A stretch of DNA of 64,000 nt from Gammaproteobacteria bacterium (GCA_963662545.2 CAXXLL010000003.1:1216001-1280000), one strand, 5' to 3'; counted from the stretch's first letter, positions 29,776-41,149 are shown. Notes: generated by a model not told the origin, from the sequence alone. Numbers and translations: made by a program.

Positions 29776-31242
29776 GTGTCCGGCGCGCCCGACATCCTCA
29801 TCATCGACTCCAATGTGAGCGATAGCAAACTCTGTCAGCTGGTACTTGCGCGGACCTTCAAAGACGCCGCCATCAGCATCGCCAACGACGCCCCGGCGTT
29901 CGCCGAGGTGCTTTCTTCACAACGATTCGACGTTGCGATCGTCTCACCCAAGATCGCCTGGGACGATCGCGCTCGGCTTCTAGTCCTACTCAAACAACGC
30001 CTGCCGGGAACGGCCTTGATCCTGTTCGGACACGAGTCCGATATCGTCAAAAAGGCCATGAATCCGGGTTTCGCCTTCGAAGGGCTTGCGCGCAAGAGCA
30101 GCGCCGGTTTCATGGCGCTCGCTGAGGTGGTCACCGAAGTGCTCGAACGCGGACGGAACAAATCCGTCGCGGCGAACGATGCGTTCAATCTCGACGATCT
30201 ACCCGTACCCGCTGGGCTGGTCGACGCGAGCGGCCGACTCACTCGAGTGAATGGCGCGATGGATATTTTCCTCGGCGGCCCGCGCGAACACCCCGGTTCG
30301 GCGTTGCTCGATGACCTGCTCGTTTCCGCCGGAGACGTCGCCCGCTGGCAGAACTTTCGCGCGAATCACGAAGCGCAATCGCGGCCTATCAGATTCGAGG
30401 TCGAAAGCGCCGGCGGCCGGCCCGTGCTGCTCGCGATCTCGCGACGTCTCGATCCGTGCGGCGTGCCGGGTTTTCTTGCCCTGGTCGAATATCGGGACGA
30501 GGACACCGCTCTGAAAGCGGTCGGGCATACCGGTAGTAGTGAACTTCTAAACCAGGAATTGCGGGATATCGCGCTCGTGTTCTCCCACGATCTCAAGGAA
30601 CCCGTGCAGCAAGTCGCACGTCTGGCGAGGCGAATTGAAGATCAACAGCAATTCAGTCCCGGGAATCCCGCATCGAGATGGATCAGCCAGATCGGGCAGT
30701 GCGCCAATCGGACCAGCGACATGCTGGACAGCATGCTCGAATACCTCGCCGTTTCATCGCGGGAATCTCCCCCGACGCTGGTGGATCTCAACACCAGTTT
30801 GGAACAGGCTCTCCACAACCTTCAGGCCCCGATCGATGAGGGCGGCGCGGAGATTACCTCCGATCACCTACCGCTCGTTGCCGGCGACGAGTATCAAATG
30901 CTGCATCTATTCCAGAACCTGATTTCAAACGCTCTGAAATTCCGCGGGCGCGAAAAGCCAACCCTGCGTATCGGCGTGGAGCAAAGAGGCCAGGAATGGG
31001 AGCTCGCGTTCCGCGACAACGGCATCGGCGTCGCGGATAACTTTCTCAAGCGCATATTCGAGATGGGCCAGCGTCTGCACACCCGTGAGGAATATCCGGG
31101 CACGGGTGTCGGTCTGGCCATTTGCCACCGAATCGTGAACCGGCATGGCGGCCAGATTTGGGCGCATTCGAACGAGGGGGCGGGCTGCACATTTTATATC
31201 CGCCTTCCGAGAACGCCCAGCCACGTCACGCGGCTTGCGTGA
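29776..31242 (+). CDS. Receiver-like/PAS/histidine kinase
   Basis: H-box SHDLKEP, NLISNALKF, DNGIG, GTGVGLAIC. Confidence 0.9.
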   Translation: MSGAPDILIIDSNVSDSKLCQLVLARTFKDAAISIANDAPAFAEVLSSQRFDVAIVSPKIAWDDRARLLVLLKQRLPGTALILFGHESDIVKKAMNPGFAFEGLARKSSAGFMALAEVVTEVLERGRNKSVAANDAFNLDDLPVPAGLVDASGRLTRVNGAMDIFLGGPREHPGSALLDDLLVSAGDVARWQNFRANHEAQSRPIRFEVESAGGRPVLLAISRRLDPCGVPGFLALVEYRDEDTALKAVGHTGSSELLNQELRDIALVFSHDLKEPVQQVARLARRIEDQQQFSPGNPASRWISQIGQCANRTSDMLDSMLEYLAVSSRESPPTLVDLNTSLEQALHNLQAPIDEGGAEITSDHLPLVAGDEYQMLHLFQNLISNALKFRGREKPTLRIGVEQRGQEWELAFRDNGIGVADNFLKRIFEMGQRLHTREEYPGTGVGLAICHRIVNRHGGQIWAHSNEGAGCTFYIRLPRTPSHVTRLA

Positions 31243-31272
31243 CCAAGTAACCGAACTCCAGGCAACAATTTC

Positions 31273-33399
31273 ATGAATCAAAAACCCCTGCGAATCCTGT
31301 TAATCGAGGATGACGCCATCGAAACCGAGTTGATCCGCGGGCAGATTTTCGATTCGGCGCGCTCGGTGATCACGCTTGACCACGCCACGCATCTCGCAAC
31401 CGGAATCGAAAAGATGCGGGATAACCGCTACGACCTCGTGTTGCTCGACCTCAACCTGCCCGATGCCCGCGGCCTCGAAAACCTGCGCGGCGTGAAGGCC
31501 TCGGCGCCGGCGACACCCATAATCATCCTGACCAACGTCGAGGACGAGGACGGCGCCGCAACCGCTGTGACTGCGGGCGCCCAAGATTATCTGTTCAAGC
31601 GCAACATCACCCCGGAACTGCTCAAGCGTTCGATTCGCTATGCCATCGCGCGGCACGAAGCGGAGGCGTCCAGACGTGAAAGCGAGGAGCGCTATGCGCT
31701 CGCCGTTGCCGGCGCGCGGGACGGTATCTGGGATTGGGATCTCGAACGCGACCGCATCTACTATGCGCCGCGCTGGTTGTCGATGTTAAAGCTGTCGGTG
31801 AATGACGCGAATTCGTCCCCGAGGACCTGGCTCAACCGCGTGCACACTGAAGACCGCGCCGGCCTCAGGAAGGCACTCTATGCCCACCTCGAAGAAGGTA
31901 CTGAGCATTTCGAGCACGAATTCCGTATGAAAAATGGCCCCGGGAATTACGTTTGGGTCTTGAGCCGCGGGGTGGCCGTGCGCAACGCGGAAGGTCGCGC
32001 CACGCGTATCGCCGGGTCGCTGACCGACATCAGCGACCGTAAGAGCGCTGAAGCGATGCTCATTCATGAAGCGCTGCACGACCCCTTGACCGGCTTGCCG
32101 AACCGTAATTTGTTTCTCGACCGACTCGATCTCGCGTGCAAGCAGTTCAAGCGTGATCACCGGCGGACGTTCGGTGTGTTATTTATGGATCTCGATCGAT
32201 TCAAAAGCATTAACGACCGTCTGGGGCACTCCGCGGGGGACGCGCTGCTGATCGAATTCGGCAAGCGTCTCAGCATGTTTCTGCGGCCCGGCGATTCAGT
32301 CGCCCGTCTCGGCGGTGATGAGTTCGCGATTCTCCTCATGGAAATCAACGGACTCAGCGAAGCCACCCTGGTCGCCGAGCGCGTGCGCGAACTCCTGTCG
32401 CAAAAATTTATCATCGAGGATAAGGAACTCTTCGTGACCGCCAGCATCGGTATCGCGCTCAGCGATCCGAGCTACGAACGACCCGAAGACCTGCTACGCG
32501 ACGCCGATGTCGCCATGTACCGTACCAAGAATCGCCAGGCAGGATCTTACGCTGTTTTCGATAACCTCATGCACGAGACCGCGCTGCAACGACTCGAAAT
32601 CGAAACCGACCTGCGTTCGGCGCTGACCAAGAATGAACTTGCGACGCATTACCAACCGATCGTGTCACTGGATCAGATGCGCGTGATCGGATTCGAAGCA
32701 CTCTTGCGCTGGTTCCACCCCGTCCGCGGCCTCATTGCGCCCGACGACTTCATTCCCCTCGCCGAGGAAAACGGCATGATCGGACCGATCAGCTGGTGGG
32801 TTATGCGCGACGCCTGCCGGCAGATGCGCGCGTGGCAAACCAGCGATCCGGTGCTCGAAGATCTTTCGATCAGCGTCAACGTTTCGACGCGACTCTTCTC
32901 CGAACCGGACTTCGAGACCCATACCGCGGCCATCCTGGAGGAAACGGGCTTGCCCGCGCATTTGCTGCACCTCGAGATCACCGAAAACGCCTTGCTCGAT
33001 CACAAGGAAGAAACCATCAGAATACTGAACGCCCTCAAGGACATTGGCGTCAAACTGCACCTCGACGACTTCGGAACGGGTTATTCGTCGTTGAGCTACC
33101 TCAATCTCTTCTCCTACGACACGCTCAAGATCGACCGCTGCTTCGTTTCGCCCAGCAATGGCACCATTCAGGACGGGCGGATTATCGACGCCCTGATCAG
33201 TCTCGGCCACGCCCTCGATATGGAAGTAATCGCAGAGGGCGTCGAGACCCAGGAACAGGCGCAACGCCTGCGCGAGCTCGACTGCCACATCGCCCAGGGA
33301 TACTGGTTCTCGAAACCCCTGTCCTCTGATTCGGCCGGGGAGCTGCTCGTACGCGAAAAAGGATTGGCGAAAAGCTCGATCAAATCGCTGACGAATTAA
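31273..33399 (+). CDS. REC-PAS-GGDEF-EAL diguanylate cyclase/phosphodiesterase
   Basis: LLDLNLPD, HDPLTGLPNR, GGDEF, FEALLRW, DDFGTGYSSL. Confidence 0.95.
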   Translation: MNQKPLRILLIEDDAIETELIRGQIFDSARSVITLDHATHLATGIEKMRDNRYDLVLLDLNLPDARGLENLRGVKASAPATPIIILTNVEDEDGAATAVTAGAQDYLFKRNITPELLKRSIRYAIARHEAEASRRESEERYALAVAGARDGIWDWDLERDRIYYAPRWLSMLKLSVNDANSSPRTWLNRVHTEDRAGLRKALYAHLEEGTEHFEHEFRMKNGPGNYVWVLSRGVAVRNAEGRATRIAGSLTDISDRKSAEAMLIHEALHDPLTGLPNRNLFLDRLDLACKQFKRDHRRTFGVLFMDLDRFKSINDRLGHSAGDALLIEFGKRLSMFLRPGDSVARLGGDEFAILLMEINGLSEATLVAERVRELLSQKFIIEDKELFVTASIGIALSDPSYERPEDLLRDADVAMYRTKNRQAGSYAVFDNLMHETALQRLEIETDLRSALTKNELATHYQPIVSLDQMRVIGFEALLRWFHPVRGLIAPDDFIPLAEENGMIGPISWWVMRDACRQMRAWQTSDPVLEDLSISVNVSTRLFSEPDFETHTAAILEETGLPAHLLHLEITENALLDHKEETIRILNALKDIGVKLHLDDFGTGYSSLSYLNLFSYDTLKIDRCFVSPSNGTIQDGRIIDALISLGHALDMEVIAEGVETQEQAQRLRELDCHIAQGYWFSKPLSSDSAGELLVREKGLAKSSIKSLTN

Positions 33400-33416
33400 C
33401 CGCCCGTCACGCTCCC

Positions 33417-33478
33417 GTAGAAGCGCGCTTGCGGGCGAATCTTTCCGGAGATTCACTCGCCCGCAAGCGGGCTCCTAC
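33417..33478. repeat. Inverted REP doublet (REPIN)
   Basis: GTAGAAGCGCGCTTGCGGGCGAA ... TCGCCCGCAAGCGGGCTCCTAC. Confidence 0.8.
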
Positions 33479-33590
33479 GACAGGCGATTCTGCCGGCGGG
33501 TAGAGGAAAACCGCTTGACCGCGTTCGATCTTGGCGCGCAGATCCGACGCGACCGAAAGCGGTGACGCGTAATCTTGCTATCCTAATCAC

Positions 33591-34514
33591 ATGCCCGACC
33601 GCCGCACCTTGCTCAAGGCAACCGCGGGCATCGCCATGATGCCACGCGCCGTGCTCGCCGAGACATTCGAGGCGCTCACGCTCCCAGAGACCGCACTGCG
33701 TATCATCCCCGCGACCGGTGAGAAAATTCCTTCCGTCGGTATGGGCTCATGGCTTACCTTCGACGTCGGCAGTTCCGCGCACGAGCGCAAAGTGCGGGTG
33801 AAAGTACTGCAGGCCTTCTTCGAACGCGGCGGCGGACTCATCGACTCCTCCCCCATGTACGGCACTTCACAAGAGATCATCGGGCATTGTCTTCAAGAAC
33901 TCGGCGAGACTCCCACCCTCTTCGCCGCGACCAAGGTGTGGATCCCGGGCCGCTGGTTGGGCGTCAAACAGATGGAGCACGCGCAGGGATTGTGGGGGGT
34001 GCCGCGCTTCGACCTGCTGCAAGTCCACAACCTGATCGACTGGGACACGCACCTCGGTACCTTGAAGGAATGGAAGGCCGCAGGGCGCGTGCGTTATATC
34101 GGGGTGACCACCTCGCATGGCCGACGCCACGATGAATTAGAAAAGATTATGCGCACCGAGCCCATCGATTTCGTCCAGTTGACCTACAACATCGTCGATC
34201 GCGAAGCCGAAAATCGGCTCCTGCCCTTGGCGCGGGATCGGGGGATCGCCATCATCGCCAATCGCCCCTTTCAGCGCAGCCGCCTGTTCGATCCGGTCCG
34301 CGGGCAAGCACTGCCGTCCTGGGCGCGTGACATCGACTGCGCCAATTGGGCGCAATTATTTCTGAAATTCACCGTTTCGCATCCGGCGGTGACCTGCGCG
34401 ATCCCTGCAACCAGCAAGGTCGAACACATGATCGAGAACATGGGGGCGCTAGAAGGCCGCATGCCGAATGCGGCGCAGCGCCTGGCGATGGCCGTCCACT
34501 ACGCGTCGCTATGA
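33591..34514 (+). CDS. Aldo/keto reductase with Tat-like signal
   Basis: DRRTLLK; IDSSPMYG, ATKVW, DLLQVHN. Confidence 0.9.
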   Translation: MPDRRTLLKATAGIAMMPRAVLAETFEALTLPETALRIIPATGEKIPSVGMGSWLTFDVGSSAHERKVRVKVLQAFFERGGGLIDSSPMYGTSQEIIGHCLQELGETPTLFAATKVWIPGRWLGVKQMEHAQGLWGVPRFDLLQVHNLIDWDTHLGTLKEWKAAGRVRYIGVTTSHGRRHDELEKIMRTEPIDFVQLTYNIVDREAENRLLPLARDRGIAIIANRPFQRSRLFDPVRGQALPSWARDIDCANWAQLFLKFTVSHPAVTCAIPATSKVEHMIENMGALEGRMPNAAQRLAMAVHYASL

Positions 34515-35590
34515 ACGCGCCGGCACCTCCCCAGCGCAAGATCGTTCATGTCGACATGGACGCCTTCTACGCGTCGGTCGAACAGCGCGACCGCCCGGAG
34601 CTTCGCGGGCGCCCCGTGATCGTAGCCTGGCGCGCCAAGCGCTCGGTGGTCTGCGCGGCTTCCTACGAAGCGCGGTCGTTCGGCGTGCATTCGGCCATGC
34701 CCGCGGCCCGTGCCGAGCGCCTCTGCCCCGACGGCGTCTTTATTGCACCCGACTTCACGCGTTATCGTGCGGTCTCGGCGCAGGTGCGCACGATCTTCCG
34801 GCGCTATACCGATCGGGTCGAACCTTTGTCCCTCGATGAGGCCTATCTCGACGTCACCCGGAACAAGCCGGGGATCCCGACGGCGACCGACGTCGCTCGG
34901 CGCATCCGCGCCGAAATCAAAGCCGAGACCCAACTCATCGCCTCGGCCGGGGTAGCGCCTAACAAGTTCCTGGCGAAGATCGCCTCGGACTGGCGCAAGC
35001 CCGACGGGCTCTTCGTGATCCGCCCCCACGAAGTGGACGCCTTCTTAAGCCCCCTGCCCGTACGCAAGCTCCCGGGCGTTGGGCGGGCGACCGCGAGTTC
35101 GCTCGACGAACTCAGCATCGAGACGGTCAATGACCTGCGCGAACGGCCCCTCGAAGAGTTGCTCGTGCGCTTCGGCAAATTCGGCCGACGGCTATTCGAG
35201 CTCGCCCGTGGCATCGATCATAATGCCGTCAGGTCGCACCGGCCCCGTAAATCGCTGTCGGCGGAGACGACCTTCGACAACGACCGTCTATTGAGCGACC
35301 TTCCACCCGTGATCGAAGCGCTTGCCGAGCGCGTGTGGCGCCAGCACGAACCCGGAGCACACCGCGCGCATACCGTGGTAATTAAGCTCAAGACCAGCGA
35401 TTTCCGCATCATCACGCGGAGCAAAACGCCCGAGTCGCCGCCAGACTCACTCGGCGATCTGAACGCGACCGCACTCGCGCTGCTCGCGAGAGTCGACCTG
35501 CCTGAGCGGACCCGCTACCGGCTGGCCGGCGTCGGCTTGTCCAACTTTCGTGAACCCGAGGAGGCCGCGCTACAACCGCAGTTGTTCTAA
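34511..35590 (+). CDS. dinB: DNA polymerase IV
   Basis: IVHVDMDAFYASVEQRD, SLDEAYLD, NKFLAKIASD; ATG at 34511 overlaps upstream stop. Confidence 0.95.
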   Translation: MNAPAPPQRKIVHVDMDAFYASVEQRDRPELRGRPVIVAWRAKRSVVCAASYEARSFGVHSAMPAARAERLCPDGVFIAPDFTRYRAVSAQVRTIFRRYTDRVEPLSLDEAYLDVTRNKPGIPTATDVARRIRAEIKAETQLIASAGVAPNKFLAKIASDWRKPDGLFVIRPHEVDAFLSPLPVRKLPGVGRATASSLDELSIETVNDLRERPLEELLVRFGKFGRRLFELARGIDHNAVRSHRPRKSLSAETTFDNDRLLSDLPPVIEALAERVWRQHEPGAHRAHTVVIKLKTSDFRIITRSKTPESPPDSLGDLNATALALLARVDLPERTRYRLAGVGLSNFREPEEAALQPQLF

Positions 35591-35612
35591 TACGCGTAGA
35601 ATTTCGATTTCA

Positions 35613-36389
35613 TCAAGATCCCGCCAGCAAGTCCGCGGCCGGCGCCGCGGCGAGCGGGATGAATTCGCGCGACGCGAAGTGATCCGGTCGGGTCGGGCGG
35701 CGGATAGCGTTGTCGAGCCGGTTGTAGCTCAGGTAGATCAGATTACGCGGCCACGGTGAAAGGTTGGGACCGGAGGCATGCGCCGTGCAACAATCGAAGA
35801 TGACCGCAGAGCCGGCCGGCCCCTTGGGCGCGACGATGCCGTAGCGCGCTGCCAACGCCGCGACGCTGCGCGCGGGCAGGCTGGGAATCGGTGTCGTGCC
35901 CGGAACCTCCAGGATCTCGAAATCGATCAGGCCGCCGGTGTGCGACCCGGGGATATAGACGATCGGACCGTTGAATTCGGTCACTTCGTCGAGGTAGATG
36001 CCGATGCTCAACGCCCTTGGCTCCGGCATGCCGTCGTGGTGCAGCCACGGCCCGTAGTCCTGATGCCACGGCAGGGACAGCTTGCCCAGGGGATGCTTGA
36101 GAATAATCTTGTACTGGTGGCAATAAAGGGGCGCGCCCAGCAATTGTTCCGCGTGGCCGAGCAGGCGTTCGTCGCAGAGCAAGCGCTGGTAAAGATCGCT
36201 CACCCGATCCATCGCCGTAGTGCCCAGGAACTCCCCGCTCTCAGCCTTCAAGTGTGAATCGAGTTCGAGGGTCAGGATGCGTTCCTGCTCGGCTTTTAGC
36301 GCCGTGACTTCACGCGGCTCGAACAACGCGGGGAAAAACCACAGGCCGTCCTTTTTGTATCGCTCGAGTTGCTCTTTATCGAGTGGCAC
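35613..36389 (-). CDS. Phytanoyl-CoA dioxygenase/ectoine hydroxylase-like 2OG-Fe(II) oxygenase
   Basis: WHQD, NGPIVYIPGSH, HASGPN. Confidence 0.85.
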   Translation of the reverse strand: MPLDKEQLERYKKDGLWFFPALFEPREVTALKAEQERILTLELDSHLKAESGEFLGTTAMDRVSDLYQRLLCDERLLGHAEQLLGAPLYCHQYKIILKHPLGKLSLPWHQDYGPWLHHDGMPEPRALSIGIYLDEVTEFNGPIVYIPGSHTGGLIDFEILEVPGTTPIPSLPARSVAALAARYGIVAPKGPAGSAVIFDCCTAHASGPNLSPWPRNLIYLSYNRLDNAIRRPTRPDHFASREFIPLAAAPAADLLAGS

Positions 36390-36431
36390 AGCCTGGCAGC
36401 CCGTCGGACGTATTGTGCTGAGGCTCCGCCT

Positions 36432-37625
36432 TCAGCCGGCCGCGGCCTTGAGCAGTTCGGCCGCGATGATCAGCTGGCGCACCTGGTTGGTGCCGGCGCC
36501 GATCTCCATGACCTTACCGCTGCGATAAAGGCGATTGGCCTCGGTCTCGATCATGAAGCCCATGCCGCCATGGATCTGCACGGCGTTGTCCAGGACCCGC
36601 ATGGTCGACCGTCCCGCGTGCAGCAGCACGGCGGCCGATCGTTTGTGCACGGCGCCGCGCCCACCTTCGCCGGCTTCGAGATTGACGATCTCGCGCCCTA
36701 GTTGATAGGTCAAAGCGCGCATGGTTTCGACGTCGGTATACATGTCGGCGAGCATGGCCTGCACCATCTGGAAGTCGCCGATCGGACGGTCGAACTGCTT
36801 GCGCACGGTCGCGTATTCGACCGCGAGGTCCAGGGCGCGCTGCGCGAGGCCGAGCGAGTAGAAGGCGGCGATAACCCGCTCGATGTCGAGCCCGCTCATC
36901 ATGATGATGTGGCCGGTATTTTCCTCGCCGACGAGATTACCCGCCGGGACCCGGCAATCGTCGAAAACGAGTTCTCCGGTGGGACTGCCGCGCCAGCCCA
37001 TCTTGTCGAGTTTCTGCGCGACGCTGAACCCCTCGAAAGTGTTCTCGACGATGAAGGCCGAGATCCCGTGCTGTTTGCGCGCCAGATCGGTCTTGGCATA
37101 CACCAGCAGTACGTCGGCGACGGGGCCGTTGGTGATGAACAGCTTGCGGCCGTTCAGTACAAAATCGTCGCCGTCGCGCCGCGCCGTGGTGGCCATGCTG
37201 CCCAGTGCATCCGAACCGGCACCCGGCTCGGTCATGCCGAGCGCGCCGATCGCGCTGCCGTCGCAGAAACGCGGCAGGTATTCGCGCTTTTGATCCTCGC
37301 TGGCATTGCGCACGAGGTTGTTGATACAAAGGTTCTCGCTCGCGAGCAGCGACGCCGAGAAAGTGTGGTTCCAGTACGCGATCGCTTCGCATATGAAGCA
37401 CTGCGCGAGCACGTCCATGCCGGCCCCGCCGTATTCCTCCGGCACGGTGGTGCCGAGCAGGCCCTGCTTCCCAAGCGCGCGGAATTCATCCTCGGGAAAC
37501 CAGTCTTCCTGGTCCATCTTTACGCACAACTCGTAAAGCTCTTCGCGTGCGTAGCGGTAGGCCATGTCGTAAACGGCCTGGTATTCGGTCTCGAAGCCGA
37601 ATTGCTGAAGATCGGGAATACTCAT
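36432..37625 (-). CDS. Acyl-CoA dehydrogenase (isovaleryl-CoA DH-like)
   Basis: GMTEPGAGSD, NGRKLFITNG, QIHGGMG, EIGAGTNQ. Confidence 0.9.
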   Translation of the reverse strand: MSIPDLQQFGFETEYQAVYDMAYRYAREELYELCVKMDQEDWFPEDEFRALGKQGLLGTTVPEEYGGAGMDVLAQCFICEAIAYWNHTFSASLLASENLCINNLVRNASEDQKREYLPRFCDGSAIGALGMTEPGAGSDALGSMATTARRDGDDFVLNGRKLFITNGPVADVLLVYAKTDLARKQHGISAFIVENTFEGFSVAQKLDKMGWRGSPTGELVFDDCRVPAGNLVGEENTGHIIMMSGLDIERVIAAFYSLGLAQRALDLAVEYATVRKQFDRPIGDFQMVQAMLADMYTDVETMRALTYQLGREIVNLEAGEGGRGAVHKRSAAVLLHAGRSTMRVLDNAVQIHGGMGFMIETEANRLYRSGKVMEIGAGTNQVRQLIIAAELLKAAAG

Positions 37626-37685
37626 GATTCGATTCTCTTGATATCGGTGTTCGAATATCGTTTCAAAATGTGAGGCAGCTTTTTG

Positions 37686-37855
37686 TTCGCCCGCAAGCGG
37701 ACTTCTGATCAATCACTCAGTACCTGCCATCCATGGCGGTACCTAACGGTCTTCATTTAACCCCAGCCCGGCCATCCATGGCCGGGCGCTCACCGGGAGA
37801 AAGCCACGTTAAGTGGCTGAGGCGGTTTTTCCGGCTCGCCCGCTTGCGGGCGAAT
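37686..37855. repeat. Composite REP/palindrome cluster
   Basis: Two REP halves enclosing GCCATCCATGGC palindromes. Confidence 0.6.
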
Positions 37856-37891
37856 CATACTGACACCTCGTCATCAGAAATGCTGAGGCGG

Positions 37892-39515
37892 TCACTGCGC
37901 AAGCTCGAAGTAGTTCAAACCCTCCGCATTCGACACCGACACCGCGGTACCGATGACCTCGTCACGAAACAGCAATTCGAGCGCCATCGCGTCACCGGGT
38001 TTCACCAAGGCGAGGAAACGCGCGGCGTCATCCTCACGACGCCCGACGATAAATCCAAATGCCGGAACACCGCGACGATAGATTGCCGCGTAGCTCTCGA
38101 TGCGGCCGCGACCCGCCATTTCCTCGACGACCTGCACCGAATCCTCGGCCTTCACACGGCGCTGCTCGGCCGCGCTCGACATCGAGCGCCAAGGCGATTG
38201 CAGGTGGCCTGAGTATATGCCGACCGAATGCTTGGACAGGTAACCACCGTTGGCCACGACAATGCCGCGGGTGTCCGGATCGGCGCGGATGCGTTCGACC
38301 ATCTCGGCGATGGCGTGCATGCTGTAGTTACTGCCCGGCCCGCCGAAATACGGTAGTCCGCCGGTCAGGGTCAGCGGCGGCGAGTCCGCCGGATCGATGC
38401 CGAGGATGCGCACACACGCCCAGGGTCAGCGGCGGCGAGTCCGCCGGATCGCGATGCGCACACACGCCCGAGACCGCGATGGGAAAGCAACTGTAAAGAT
38501 CGATGTGGCTCATGTCGCCAATGCTGGCGTCCGCTTCGTCTAGCGCTTTTGACACCGCTATTTCCTGAGCGAGTGAAGCCGCGAGGCGCGGGCGCCGGAC
38601 TACCGTAACGTCGTCGACGTCGGCATAGGCCACGAGGCGGACCCAGCGCGACTCGGCGATGCCAAGGTCCCGCGCGACGCCGGCCGAGGTCAAGAGCACC
38701 GCCGCGCCCTGATTCACCGCGTCCTGCGCGACCATCCATTTGGTATAAGGCTCGCAGACGGGATAGTTCTTCTTCGACACCGTCGCCAGGAATTCCGCGT
38801 CGTGCTCCACCGGGAACTGCGCGTAGGGATTGCCGGCGGACACGGCGCTGAACGGCGCGAAGAGCTTGGCGATAGTCATGCGGTAGGCGTCAAGCGACAG
38901 GCCGAGCTCGTTTCGGCGCACCTGATCGAACAGCGCGTACACGTGGATCGGAAATGCGATGCCATGGCGGAATTCGTAATCGCTTACCATCGGTTCATCG
39001 TTCCACTGATCTTCGAACTCGCCTTCGAGGTCCTCGCGCCAGTCGAGTTCGATATCGCGGCGTGTGGCGTCTCGAATCGTCGCGATGGCTTCAGCTCCCG
39101 TCAGGACGACCATCCGCGCTTCGCCGGCATGGATCTGCTCGCAAAAGTAGTTGACCATGCGCTGGGGCATTTGCCCGCCGACTTCGGCATAGATTGCGCG
39201 GCGCGGTTTGACCTTCGCGCGACGCGCGACCGACCACGGCACATTACTCGGCGACCCGAAAGGACTCGCCCACATATCGCTATCAGGCACCGAGTGTTCG
39301 AACAGGCGCATGACTGCGAGCGTATCGACGTGAGACGCAAGATCGCTGGCGTCGCTGGCATCGGCAAGCGCTCGCCGGACCGCTTCGGCTGCGATCTCAA
39401 CCGGTGACAGTATCTCGTGCGCTTCCTGCCGCTCGCGGGATACGTATTGACCGACGCCGACGATGATGGGGGAATTCGAATCCATGGAGTCAGTAATGAG
39501 TCGGGGACCCTGCAT
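37892..39515 (-). pseudogene. Thiolase-like acetyl-CoA acetyltransferase, frameshifted (possibly an assembly artefact)
   Basis: ORF 38328-39515 (DLYSCFP) and ORF 37892-38413 (TGGLPYFGGPGSNY) are two parts of one protein, split at an imperfect tandem duplication 38366-38468. Confidence 0.75.
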
Positions 39516-39625
39516 GGTGCCTTTAAATTACGCTGAATTAAACGGCGTCTGTCACTCGATTACCAGTTTGCAGCCGTCGGAGCATTCACTCGAATAGGCG
39601 AAGATTGTACCCTTGCATCAACTGC

Positions 39626-41149
39626 ATGCCGGAAACTGCCGTGCCGCCCGAATCCACTGCTCCTACGCCAGGCATCTGGCGCTTCGCTCTTATGGTCTCG
39701 CTGGGTTTGATCGGTGCCGCGTATTTTCCTTTCACCCTGGGCGCCCAGTTCTCGGGTTTTCAGGTCGACGGCGCGCTTTACGTTCTGATGGCGGAATATT
39801 TTTCGCCGTTCGTACCCGCTGATCCGCTCCTCGACTACGTCAGGCAGGTAACCCATATGCCGCCGCTCTACCCGCTGCTCCTCGGCTGGGCCGGTTCTTC
39901 GGGATCCAATCTCGGGCAGGTTCATCTCGTGCAGACAATCTTTCTGATCGGGGGATTGTTAACCCTGTACCTCTTTGCCGTGGCGCTCGCTGAAGACCGT
40001 GCGACCGCCCTGCTCGTGCTGTGGGCCTTCGCGCTCCTCCCTGCAACGGTGCTCTACAGCAGCGAGATCTGGAGTGAGTTTCTTTATTTGATGCTCGCGA
40101 GTGGAGCGCTTTGTGCCGCTGCCCGAGCAGCGACGGAGCCGCGCCTGTGGTGGTGGGCGGCCGTGCTCGCCGGGCTTGCAACCGTTACTCGGGGTGTCGG
40201 GATACTCATCGTTGCAGCCCTGGTCCTCGTGGTGATCGTCCGCCGTAACCGTCACGCCTTATTGATCGGCGCGGTTGCGATCGCACCTTCGGTAATTGTC
40301 GGACTGCTCGACCTCGGCAGCGGTTCTGCCTACCTCGAGATCTATAACTACTATAGTGCAAACGGCACGGCCGGTTTGATCGATACGATGGCCGGCAATG
40401 CCAAACTGCTCGTCGCAGGCCTCGTCTCCGCTTGGGAGCCGGCGCCGCGCATGACGATAGGGATCGCCGTCATCGCGCTGTCGCCCTTTTTTCTTATGAG
40501 TTGGTGGTACCGTTTGCGGACCTTGCAGGTCGATGCCTGCTACCTACTCGCCTACATCGGCGTCCTTTTGATCTGGCCGTTTCCGCACGTGATCGCGCGG
40601 CTGGTGTACGCCGGATTACCCCTCATCATGATTTACGCCGTAGTGGGCGTCGGGAGCGTAGCGGAACACCGTCCCACGATCGATCGACGCCTCCTCTTGC
40701 GCATCCCGGCCGTCGTGCTCGTTTTGCTGGGACTGACGGGTAGCGGGCTGCTCGCCGTACGTTTCTCGACGCGCGACCTGCCCGGTGAACTCTCCGTGTA
40801 CGCCAGTAGCCGCTACTGGTTGATGCCCCCGGCACGCGATCACGCGCTCGCGGATCTGCGCTTGAAACAAGCGATGCTCGACACCCTCCAGTCAGCACCC
40901 GCGCACGTACTACCGCACGAATGCATCCATTCACATTATCCGCAGAGCGTGATGCTGCACAGCCGCCGCTTGAGCTGGCCGGCGCCAGATCCGAATCTAT
41001 CCGGAAAAACGCCGTGCCACTGGCACCTAATCCTGAGCGATGCACAGGGCCCCGCAGAGCTCGCAGCACTGATGCCCGGCTATGAAGTGATCCACATCGA
41101 ACGCGTTGGCGCCGGCGTCGCCGGAATCCTCGTTCGATATCCAGATTAA
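39626..41149 (+). CDS. GT-C (ArnT/PMT-like) membrane glycosyltransferase
   Basis: DGALY, PPLYPLLL, WSEFLY, LATVTRGVG; many TM segments. Confidence 0.7.
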   Translation: MPETAVPPESTAPTPGIWRFALMVSLGLIGAAYFPFTLGAQFSGFQVDGALYVLMAEYFSPFVPADPLLDYVRQVTHMPPLYPLLLGWAGSSGSNLGQVHLVQTIFLIGGLLTLYLFAVALAEDRATALLVLWAFALLPATVLYSSEIWSEFLYLMLASGALCAAARAATEPRLWWWAAVLAGLATVTRGVGILIVAALVLVVIVRRNRHALLIGAVAIAPSVIVGLLDLGSGSAYLEIYNYYSANGTAGLIDTMAGNAKLLVAGLVSAWEPAPRMTIGIAVIALSPFFLMSWWYRLRTLQVDACYLLAYIGVLLIWPFPHVIARLVYAGLPLIMIYAVVGVGSVAEHRPTIDRRLLLRIPAVVLVLLGLTGSGLLAVRFSTRDLPGELSVYASSRYWLMPPARDHALADLRLKQAMLDTLQSAPAHVLPHECIHSHYPQSVMLHSRRLSWPAPDPNLSGKTPCHWHLILSDAQGPAELAALMPGYEVIHIERVGAGVAGILVRYPD

